This document shows, in pieces, positions 42,862-51,933 of a stretch of DNA of 64,000 bases (position 1 is the stretch's first letter; each line of letters begins with the position of its first letter). The stretch covers positions 1,674,001 to 1,738,000 of the forward strand of contig JAUFOR010000002.1 in NCBI GenBank assembly GCA_040285745.1. Reading direction: 5' to 3'. The position numbers and the translations under genes were made by a program. The notes below the pieces were generated by a model, which worked only from the letters and a program-made list of their open reading frames with translations, did not search any database and had not been told where the DNA came from. The DNA comes from Barthelona sp. PCE (lineage: Eukaryota).

Positions 42862-43709
42862 ATGGTATGTTTAAGCGCGTTCGGCGCATTTGGGCAGCAT
42901 TGGGGAGCGGGCACCGCAATGCAGTTTCATTATTTTTGTTTTACATGTTAACTTACTCCTAGTCAAGATTTGATAGCAGAACTACAGCATTCTCGAGTAC
43001 GGGACATCTGAACCAAGTCGAATATGCGCTTAGCGCAATCACAAAGTCATCACCTGTTATTTCTGTGAAGTGTACAGATGGTGTAATTATTTGTTGTTCA
43101 AGGAAAATTGTTTCCAAACTGTTAAACGTCGAGTCCAAGTACCGTACTACCATGATCGATGATCACATTATGATATCTTTTGCCGGTATGGTATCAGATG
43201 CAACAGATTTAATTAATGACGCTAGATTAACGTCACAAAGACACCTTTACAAGTTCCAGACCCCTATTTTGGTTGAGAGCCTTGTTAGAAGTGTAGCAGA
43301 TGAAAAGCACAGTTATACTCAATTTGGAGGTTTAAGACCTTATGGTGTGACATTTGTTTATGCTGGACATGATGAAGCAAGGGGGTTCCAGCTGTTCACA
43401 AGTGATCCGAGTGGTAATTATAAGAGTTGGAAAGCAACTGCATTTGGCAAACGTGATTCCACAGCAATTGCACAATTGAGAGAGGGATATAAGGAGGATA
43501 TGGACCTCGAGGCCGGTCTCAAGCTCATCATGGATGTATACTCTAAAGTAGTAGATACCACTGAGCTCAAGAGTGAAAAAATTGAGATTGCTGTTTTAAC
43601 TAAGAACGAATACGATCAATGTGTTCAACGTCAGTTGTCTACAGAGGAGATTGATGAGTTATTGAGTGTCATTGTGGATGAAGGTGAAAAAGCTGAGGCA
43701 AATGAGTAA
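42862..43709 (+). CDS. PSMA4: 20S proteasome subunit alpha3; exon 1 is the ATG only
   Basis: The spliced product reads M|SRFDSRTTAFSSTGHLNQVEYA; also YTQFGGLRPYGV and SDPSGNY. Confidence 0.93.
42865..42962 (+). other. Start-codon intron, 98 nt, with GC-rich hairpins
   Basis: ATG|GTATGT...CTTACTCCTAG|TCA. Confidence 0.92.
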
Positions 43710-43757
43710 ATTTTATTGTTTTATCATTTTTATCCCGTTTAATTTTTATTTTTTGCA

Positions 43758-46700
43758 ATGTTTCACCCAAAATTCATAGATTTTCAGATTATTTTATGGC
43801 TTTTGGTGTGTACTTTAGCTCTTGCCCAAGACTTTGTTCTACAAAAAGGTGTTAACGAAATTTCTGGGCGTTCAGACTCCGTAATAGAGTTTAAATGGGG
43901 CAAAGATGCCGAAGACGTTTTTATTTTCATTCATGATTGCACAAACGTAACATTTTTATGGTCTGAAGATTTTCCTCAGAAGTCACCATTAAAAAGATTA
44001 TCTGTAAGTAATTCCAAGAACATAAAAGGAATCAGTGTAAGGTCATATGATGTTCAAATTATGGACAGCACACTTTTTCAAACACATTTGGTGGGAGATA
44101 CCCAAATTGGTTCAGGTTTTGAAGTTTTTTTAAGCAACAGCACATTACAAGACTCCAAAATATCATCTATGATAACTTTAAAATCAGAAGATAGTTTATT
44201 ACGTAGCGTTATAGGAGAAGTTGCACAAGTAATCAGCAATACAACTGCATTCATTGAAGTAAGTTTATTGTCTACATCTGAGATGGAGTTGAGGGACTGT
44301 ACACTTGATAACTTTTTTAGCCATGGAATAGATGTTCATATAAAGAATTGTGACATACGCTCAACCACCTTTAAAAATGATGGAGAGTCAATTGTGTTTG
44401 AAGGTGGTATTATTCATTCTATATACGTCACAGGCTTCAGTGATTTGAGCACAGTTAATACTAAATTAGTTGGGGAGATTGTCTTTTACATCAAGAATTC
44501 CATAAACATAGAAGGCACCAACTGTCGTAACATCGTTAATGATTTTAAGCTATATGCTTCAGCAATTGGAACACATATAAAGGGAGCTGGATACCACAGA
44601 ATGGACATGTTTTTTGTTGGAGGTAATGTTTTTATTGAGGATAGTGTGATTAATTACATAAACAATTCATTCGTTAATGAATGGATCGGTCTAGTTGAAT
44701 ATAGGAATTGTACGTTTGGAAAACTTGGATTTCGTTCGCTTGAGAGTAAGAGAAGTCTATTATCAGGTTTAAATATTCAAAATACAACATTTGAAAGTTT
44801 ACAGTTTATGGATATTAGGTTAGGTAATGTGAAAATTATAAATATGCTGAGTATTAAACCACTTATTATGATCCTGTCATCAGATGTTGATCATTTTAGA
44901 TTGATCAATTTAAATTTCAGATATAATCTTCCAACATGGCTTTTGCAAGGAACTTCTACGTTGATTGACGTTTCCTTTATTGACTTTAACATACTGGATA
45001 TTCAGTGGCCTTATGATGACAGATACATGTTTCCGGAATGCCAATTTCTTTCAATGATTAATGGTTTAGTCAGCAACGTTCATGCCAACTCGGTTATGAA
45101 CAGCTATAGGAAGCCGTTGATTGGCTTGACATTCTCCAATGTGGTGTACATGAACTCAACATTATCCTTCTTCACAAGTGATACAACGTTTTTGGATTCT
45201 CACTTTAGCAATGTTACTATGAATAATTTTTTGCCTGTAAGTTCTATGAAGAACGTATCTTTTGTCAGTGTGCGTACTGGGATATTAACAGAACGATGCT
45301 TTGAGATCAGAAAAAATTTTGAACTGATCCACACCACTTTCGACAATTTGAATATAGTTCCAAGTCTATTCAGTATCATATATGTTGAAAAACATACTCA
45401 GATATCAGTGCAAAACGTCAAAATCATGAATTCGGATGTTAGTTCTATTTTCAAGATGGAACAACCTAATCAATCGTTGGCTGCTGTACATATTGATGGT
45501 CTGCTGCTTAATTCTGTTCTTGCAAAAGAGGGAATCTTTAAGTCATCAATTTTTAGTGGAATTGGAAGTTTTTTGTTTGTTCATATTCATATTTCAGATT
45601 GTAGATTCGGTACTGTATTTTCTTATATTAATGATGATCGTTACGCAAGAAACTCTGTCATAATTAGCGATTCTACAGTAATTTCATCGAATTATTCAGT
45701 TTTATTCAGTCTTAAAGAAAATTTAAGCAATACTCAAATTGAAAATTGCACATTTATAATGCCTTTGCATTCAGCATTACTTCATTTTGACTATGGAAGT
45801 TATTTTGGTGATGTATATATTAAAGATTCAAAAATTTTTTTGCCAGCGGACTCGGTACTTATTTTTGAAGCACAATCGCACAGAATAGATCGTTTACTCT
45901 ATTTTTACAACTTAACAATAGACAAACCAAATGAGCATCGTGATAAATATCAGTATATTATGTATACACAGAACATGGTATTCGGAGCGGAACCTGATGT
46001 TCACATGGACGGATTGGACAGATTAATGTCAAATACTACAGACAATTTTAACACAACAATTAAACGAATTGGTCTTAATTCAATTTCCAGATCAAGCATT
46101 GCAATTGTTATGAGAACAGAAATGATGATGTATAATCTTGTATATGTAATTGTGAATCCGTTTTCATTTGGTGTTGTTAGCGAGAAGGGATCTACTTCTG
46201 TTAGACTCCCAATATATGATCGGAGTGTTATTGAGAGGAATGATCTACGGATTGCTGCATTTGATAGCACTATAGGACATAACAGAGGTGTATATACTAT
46301 TGTTGAGAAGACCCAATGCATGAGTGGGTTTGGTTGGAACAGTGATTTGTATCTTTGTGAGCCATGTGCTTTAGGATATCACCAATTTGAGATAGTGAAT
46401 GAACCTAGGTGCAAACTAAATAAGCAGCAAGCTTTTTTGAGTGATTTAGAGCGATCACGCATTTCAGGTGTTACGTACTCTGTGCCACATGGTCAGTTTG
46501 TTGTTGAAAACATTGAAAATGGAACAACAAATATTATTGATTGTCACAACACATTCTGTAACGGGTTTCAGGTGCACGCTGGGTTCAGTGGGCTTTGTGA
46601 ACAGGATCTAACGGAAATTCAGATAGATTTGTTGAAGTTCAACAATTTGTCAATATATGATATAAATGGCTGTTCTTACTCTCATTGTTCAATTGCGTGT

Positions 46701-48056
46701 ACAGATTGTGGCGATATGGGAGATGTGCTATTAACTTCTACAGGTTTTAGTATTTCTGCAACACTTTCTTTCAAGAATGTTTTTTCTAAAGGTTGTTTTG
46801 TAATACCCACAAGAGGAGTATTTATCTTATTGCAAGTGGCTTTTCTGCATTTTCTGCTGGTAAGTTTTATTGTCCGGAAATATCATATTTTAGGTCAATT
46901 TCCTTGGACAAGAATCATTGGAAGATTCACTACTGAGACAGATTTGTTAACCGATTATGAGCTATTCAAGTTCATTGATATCTTTAAAGATTATTTGTTT
47001 ATCCTATGGCCTCTTTTGTTCTCTTTCTCAACAGACACAATTTTTACAAATAATCAGTCCGATTTCACAATGTTTAGGAGTCTTTTAATGAACCCACTTG
47101 CCGTGTTTGCATCGTTGTTAGGTTTGATGTTCAGAAATTTCCCAGTAACAACATTTCCTACATTTTATATTTTATGGTTCTTTCTAATGAGATTCTTATA
47201 TTTTAAACGAGCTTTATTAACTGCAATTGTTGCATTTATTATATTCACTTCTTTTACCATAGTTCCATTATTCATCTTTTTAGGATCATTGTTTTTACTC
47301 ATCTATTTTCAGTTTGTTTTATACAAAAATTGGAAACGTTGGCCATTTTACACTTTATGTTTCATTTGGTTCACAGTTGCTGCATACTATGATATTAGAT
47401 ATTCAGCAGTAACAGGTATTGTATTATTTGCATGTGGTAAGGGCTACAAGGTCAAGAACATAATGTCCATCAATTTTTTCTTTTTGCCTTATGCGGGCTC
47501 ATACATGCTACTTGGGACCATACCTGTTGTTTCAAGGGATCTGTATAATCAACATGGTTTTGATTTAGCGCTTCATTCATTCCTTTCGTTTAAAGAGCAT
47601 TACAATTGGTTCATTAATCCACTTTTGATGGTTATTTTTGTTATTTTCATCATATATTGCTACTGGGAGACCAAGAAACTGACTGAGAACAGTTCACATC
47701 GTTTCCATGTCTTTTTCTATGTTACTCTAATTTTGCGAATGTTTGTTACATTTATAGCTTATATTTCGCACAACACAATACCTCACTTGATATTTTTGCT
47801 CTGTATACTGTTATATGTTATGTTTTATGAACCTTTCAAGCAGTTGAATGCGCTAATGGTTCGAGTGACAGCTTTGTTTGTATTAACAGCGTTTATATTG
47901 GTGATTTTCAGGGAATTAGAGTTTTTGGAGGCTCTTTTAATTGCTATTCCAAGTTTTTATTTTGTCAATATATTTAAGAAACAGGAAAGCAAAGGTAAAA
48001 GTAGCAGCATATTACAGGATGTTTTCGATGAATCATTATTAACTGAAGTTTTTTAG
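43758..48056 (+). CDS. Large surface protein: signal peptide, beta-helix-like ectodomain, Cys-rich stalk, multi-TM C-terminus
   Basis: 1432 aa with repeated I.NCTF-like motifs, C..GF...CEPC..GY and many C-terminal TM segments. Confidence 0.8.
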   Translation: MFHPKFIDFQIILWLLVCTLALAQDFVLQKGVNEISGRSDSVIEFKWGKDAEDVFIFIHDCTNVTFLWSEDFPQKSPLKRLSVSNSKNIKGISVRSYDVQIMDSTLFQTHLVGDTQIGSGFEVFLSNSTLQDSKISSMITLKSEDSLLRSVIGEVAQVISNTTAFIEVSLLSTSEMELRDCTLDNFFSHGIDVHIKNCDIRSTTFKNDGESIVFEGGIIHSIYVTGFSDLSTVNTKLVGEIVFYIKNSINIEGTNCRNIVNDFKLYASAIGTHIKGAGYHRMDMFFVGGNVFIEDSVINYINNSFVNEWIGLVEYRNCTFGKLGFRSLESKRSLLSGLNIQNTTFESLQFMDIRLGNVKIINMLSIKPLIMILSSDVDHFRLINLNFRYNLPTWLLQGTSTLIDVSFIDFNILDIQWPYDDRYMFPECQFLSMINGLVSNVHANSVMNSYRKPLIGLTFSNVVYMNSTLSFFTSDTTFLDSHFSNVTMNNFLPVSSMKNVSFVSVRTGILTERCFEIRKNFELIHTTFDNLNIVPSLFSIIYVEKHTQISVQNVKIMNSDVSSIFKMEQPNQSLAAVHIDGLLLNSVLAKEGIFKSSIFSGIGSFLFVHIHISDCRFGTVFSYINDDRYARNSVIISDSTVISSNYSVLFSLKENLSNTQIENCTFIMPLHSALLHFDYGSYFGDVYIKDSKIFLPADSVLIFEAQSHRIDRLLYFYNLTIDKPNEHRDKYQYIMYTQNMVFGAEPDVHMDGLDRLMSNTTDNFNTTIKRIGLNSISRSSIAIVMRTEMMMYNLVYVIVNPFSFGVVSEKGSTSVRLPIYDRSVIERNDLRIAAFDSTIGHNRGVYTIVEKTQCMSGFGWNSDLYLCEPCALGYHQFEIVNEPRCKLNKQQAFLSDLERSRISGVTYSVPHGQFVVENIENGTTNIIDCHNTFCNGFQVHAGFSGLCEQDLTEIQIDLLKFNNLSIYDINGCSYSHCSIACTDCGDMGDVLLTSTGFSISATLSFKNVFSKGCFVIPTRGVFILLQVAFLHFLLVSFIVRKYHILGQFPWTRIIGRFTTETDLLTDYELFKFIDIFKDYLFILWPLLFSFSTDTIFTNNQSDFTMFRSLLMNPLAVFASLLGLMFRNFPVTTFPTFYILWFFLMRFLYFKRALLTAIVAFIIFTSFTIVPLFIFLGSLFLLIYFQFVLYKNWKRWPFYTLCFIWFTVAAYYDIRYSAVTGIVLFACGKGYKVKNIMSINFFFLPYAGSYMLLGTIPVVSRDLYNQHGFDLALHSFLSFKEHYNWFINPLLMVIFVIFIIYCYWETKKLTENSSHRFHVFFYVTLILRMFVTFIAYISHNTIPHLIFLLCILLYVMFYEPFKQLNALMVRVTALFVLTAFILVIFRELEFLEALLIAIPSFYFVNIFKKQESKGKSSSILQDVFDESLLTEVF

Positions 48057-48156
48057 ATTGTATCAATTGTCAAAGGAAAGCATATTGTTCACATTGCCGG
48101 AAAACTTACGGATTGCAAATATTAAAAGTGTGGATATTAAGCTAAATAAAAAAATT

Positions 48157-49623
48157 TTAAATAATGATTAAACCCTCATCTTCTGATTCAGTGTTATATA
48201 ACTGGGAACCATGAATGAAACAGCAGTTTGCAAAAAAAGAAGGTCCGAATATTTCCTCAACTGTGCTTACAACACAGTCATTCTCAATTGTGTATCTGAT
48301 TCGAGTGAACTCATGGTGTTCACACTCAATACGATAAATGGTAAGTACACTATCCTTAAAAACGAAATTTTCACAGTAACAACTGAAATTAACAATACCT
48401 TCAATGCCATTTTCAGTCACTCTCACAATTCCAGTGTTCAAAAGCGCCAGGCTGGGAGATAAAAAGACATGAAAATCACCTGGGATATGAAGCTTTCGCC
48501 CTCCAAAAAAAAAATTCCCAAATTCCACCCGCATATCAGTATCCATTCTGTACTGATTGACACAAGAGCAGCCATCGAACACCATGGACAGCCATTCATC
48601 TCCATTCTGTGTCAAGACGACAGTCTGATTTTGGCAGCTGAAGTGGATCACCGAGTCCTTTGTGATGAATGAAAAAGGACTACGGGCATTAGTAGTGTAT
48701 ATTACACTCGACTCTTCTGTTTCAAAGTCATAGAAACATAAATTTGTGCTTTCAGAAACACATGAATAAAAAAACCCACTCTCTGTTAAGTAATGGATTG
48801 TGGATGTATTACCTATCTTCAGTCTATAAACCGGTTCAATGTTTCTTTCAATATTTGATATGTCAAAAATAAGAACACTATCAGCACCTCTTCGTTCTTT
48901 CATATCTCTTATTGTTATCATCAGAAAGTTCCTCTTCTCCCCTTCTATGTATGCCTCACTTACACTGTTATTACAACTAATCTTCGTTGGGGGAGGTGGG
49001 GATGCGTACAAACAGCATCGTTGCCCAAATGCAAACAATGCAAACGAGTTGTGTGACGAGAAGATCGGACCATCAATTGTTGCTGTTCCATAGTTGCTTT
49101 CAAACATTAGAATATTGAAGGCAGCGCTTCTGAGATGCATGAATCTTCGATGAATATACAATGAATTATCGATACAAGAATAGCGCTGGCAAAAGTGCGA
49201 CAAATTGCTAAACTCCCGCGAAAACTGATTAAGTTGTGGATAAAACGTATTTCCATCGTCATACTGGAGCATTCGTAGATCATCACCCTTTATAACAACC
49301 AAAACTTTCGCTTTAGTGTCAAGTTGGCAAGAAAACACCATCTGTTCGAGAGCCACTGACAAGTGCCAGAAATGTACATCACTTATTTTGTTGCAAATTT
49401 TGGATCTAAGAGCCTTAAACTCTCGAATTATATTCATATAACGATAAGAACCATCCATAATACCATAACATACTTTGAAATACAGGAAACCACCATTGTC
49501 TGTGTCCAACTCTGTTGTCACTGAGCATGCTGTTCCAGAATCGTAATTCAGTGATTTATGAGCGGGGTTAAAGTAGTTCACGCGCGGTTCGGTTTTTGAC
49601 ACCCCATCTTCTTTTTTGAACAT
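48157..49623 (-). CDS. Hypothetical beta-rich protein, possibly the 3' part of a split gene
   Basis: 488-aa ORF. Confidence 0.65.
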   Translation of the reverse strand: MFKKEDGVSKTEPRVNYFNPAHKSLNYDSGTACSVTTELDTDNGGFLYFKVCYGIMDGSYRYMNIIREFKALRSKICNKISDVHFWHLSVALEQMVFSCQLDTKAKVLVVIKGDDLRMLQYDDGNTFYPQLNQFSREFSNLSHFCQRYSCIDNSLYIHRRFMHLRSAAFNILMFESNYGTATIDGPIFSSHNSFALFAFGQRCCLYASPPPPTKISCNNSVSEAYIEGEKRNFLMITIRDMKERRGADSVLIFDISNIERNIEPVYRLKIGNTSTIHYLTESGFFYSCVSESTNLCFYDFETEESSVIYTTNARSPFSFITKDSVIHFSCQNQTVVLTQNGDEWLSMVFDGCSCVNQYRMDTDMRVEFGNFFFGGRKLHIPGDFHVFLSPSLALLNTGIVRVTENGIEGIVNFSCYCENFVFKDSVLTIYRIECEHHEFTRIRYTIENDCVVSTVEEIFGPSFFANCCFIHGSQLYNTESEDEGLIII

Positions 49624-49663
49624 GCAAAATGAATTGGTGACATACAGGCGCTAGCCTTCAGAC

Positions 49664-49871
49664 TTTATACTTGAGGTAGTAAACAGCGGAGGGGGACGAA
49701 GCGAACCGTCATGTGTAGTAGGTGTCCGTAGGACCCGATACGGTTTTTCTTACCTTTTTCAAAAAAAAAAGGGGTTTTAGGCCACTTCCCGGACGAAACA
49801 CCCTCTACACGTGAAGGCGAGCCTTCCCACGTGAGCGTTCCCCGACGTCAATAAACCTACTTCAGTATAAA
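49664..49871. mobile_element. Candidate MITE/foldback element
   Basis: GC-rich island with inverted termini TTTATAC(T)TGARGTAG, TATA on both sides of a 196-bp core, and internally homologous arms. Confidence 0.55.
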
Positions 49872-50410
49872 ACATCTTGGCCAATAATCAACAGTCTATC
49901 ACCAATAGTGCCAAGGATGTATCCTGACAATTTTTGACAATAAATAAGGTGCTGCCTTTCGCTGTCATAGTCAAACAGCAAGGTAGTCTCATCAATTGAA
50001 CCTGAAATAGTCGTTGGTTGTATGAAAGACACATTATGTATGATAAATAACCCTTCCTGCATAAAAATATTAGCTTGAAAAACTAAAGTAAATATGTGCA
50101 TGAAATGATTTTCCATCTCATATTTGAAGAAAGGGACTGTGTAAAGCTCACCCTGCTTCCACTGACCCTGTTGTGGATAATATAAATCGCTTAAATGACA
50201 CTTTCTTAACTTATCAACCACAAAATCAAAACATAACTTCTCTTTGGACAATACAATTTCCATATCGCACAAACTGTCTATATCGTCCACTTTGTGCACA
50301 AGTCTATCCTCACTTACTTCTAAATGACATCCGAAACTAGTAAATTTCAATAAACCTGTGCCTGTTTCTGTTTCCACAGAAATTGCTGTGTTTTCCCGTA
50401 TTCTGGGCAT
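49862..50410 (-). CDS. Hypothetical protein, possibly the 5' part of a split gene
   Basis: The ORF stop codon lies inside the terminus of the foldback element. Confidence 0.55.
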   Translation of the reverse strand: MPRIRENTAISVETETGTGLLKFTSFGCHLEVSEDRLVHKVDDIDSLCDMEIVLSKEKLCFDFVVDKLRKCHLSDLYYPQQGQWKQGELYTVPFFKYEMENHFMHIFTLVFQANIFMQEGLFIIHNVSFIQPTTISGSIDETTLLFDYDSERQHLIYCQKLSGYILGTIGDRLLIIGQDVLY

Positions 50411-50899
50411 AAATCTCACAATTTACCGTTCCAAACTACAAAAAATTCCAAAGGGAGAAGAAAATCAGAAACGCTTTTATCATTAAAACGATATCCCTCT
50501 TATGTTTTATCACTTTAAGTGGAATTTTACCCTTGCATATAACTCAGCAGCCAAATTTTAATTCCTAATTGACAAATAGTAAAAAAATGCTGTGAATATA
50601 CGTTTTCAGCAATGTTATACAAATATATGAGCTTTTAGCGAACTTTTTATAGTGTATCATTTGTTATGCACCAACAATATGATCTGATTTTGAACACAAA
50701 GTTAAATGTTTTCTAACCAGGTTTTTTTTTTTGAACTTTACAATGATAATATAATTGTTAATCTTTTAAGATGGATCTTTTAACCTTCATTGAACCAGAT
50801 AAAGATGCATTGATTTCATAACAAATATCATTGCTTTGTTTCAAACAATTCACCCTTTATCATAGAAATCATTTGGATGAACTGGGCCTATTTTGTAGT

Positions 50900-51931
50900 A
50901 TGAGTATCCTTCCACACCCCGTTAAGCTACCACATGAGAGGAGAACGAAAGTTCCACTAAAACACGCCCTTGAAAACGTTAGTCTTACAAATGATCGGTT
51001 TCTGGCGGATATTGTCGATTATAAAACGGTTGCTCCGAAGAAGATCAGAGCATTACCGGTTCCGGACAGGATTATTAAAGCTCACGATCGTCAGCGTTTG
51101 GAACGTGTCTATATTAACAGATTCGCACCCCAAAAGTCTCTTAGGCGATACCAGAGGGACAAAACACCGGACAAAACATTTGAAATGAAAGTATTCACAA
51201 ACAAGCGTCCCAGTTTTACCCACACACCCAATTCAAAACGTAAAAACCAGGCCAACACATGTATAACTCCAGATAGTAGAATAAGAAAGAAACTGCATCT
51301 TTCAGAAAGCACTTTAGATAATAGTCTTTTTGAAAAGCAGGAAGTATCAACACCAACAATGTTTATTTCACCTGTACGGTTGATAAACACAGCAGATTCC
51401 AAGAAACGGCCGAAGTCTTCGGCTCGTGATTCAATGAAACGCACGTACTCGGAGTATACATCAGACGAAATTAATGGAAAAGCTGAAAAAATTGATTATA
51501 CACCAATTATTGAACGCAGGAATAAGATGCTGAGCAAAAAGCAGGAAAGAGTTAAGCAACCTCCTAAGTTTATTAAGATGAAAGAATCAGAATGTAGGGA
51601 ACTGCAAAGGTTTATTGATGATGATGTAGCTCCAAATCATCTTTTTCTAACACGACAAATGGAAAAGAGGAGCAGGAAGAGAGCCAATTCGGCAAAAGAG
51701 AAGCAGAAAAGGAAGATATTGTTGAGTGTTGAGAGGTTATATTCAAATTCTAAAGCAGATAGAAAGGCTGTTGAAGCATTTAAACAAAGAGAAATGCGGG
51801 AAGAGCAAGGTATGCACGATCTACAGACTCAAAACATGCAAGAAGCACTGTTATCAGATACTAGAAAACAACGATTGAAACCACCAATTACATTACAGGA
51901 ACAGTGGCAAGAGATTAAGAATGCAAGATAG
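50900..51931 (+). CDS. Basic hypothetical protein
   Basis: Long ORF. First ATG is at 50900. Confidence 0.75.
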   Translation: MSILPHPVKLPHERRTKVPLKHALENVSLTNDRFLADIVDYKTVAPKKIRALPVPDRIIKAHDRQRLERVYINRFAPQKSLRRYQRDKTPDKTFEMKVFTNKRPSFTHTPNSKRKNQANTCITPDSRIRKKLHLSESTLDNSLFEKQEVSTPTMFISPVRLINTADSKKRPKSSARDSMKRTYSEYTSDEINGKAEKIDYTPIIERRNKMLSKKQERVKQPPKFIKMKESECRELQRFIDDDVAPNHLFLTRQMEKRSRKRANSAKEKQKRKILLSVERLYSNSKADRKAVEAFKQREMREEQGMHDLQTQNMQEALLSDTRKQRLKPPITLQEQWQEIKNAR

Positions 51932-51933
51932 AT

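Noticed and set aside
49700-49750. GTGTAGTA as the U2 snRNA branch-recognition sequence
   Set aside because: The flanking U2 context is missing, and the word is mirrored in the opposite arm of the foldback element.
49690-49800. Hammerhead ribozyme (GGACGAAAC)
   Set aside because: No CTGANGA core on the same strand.
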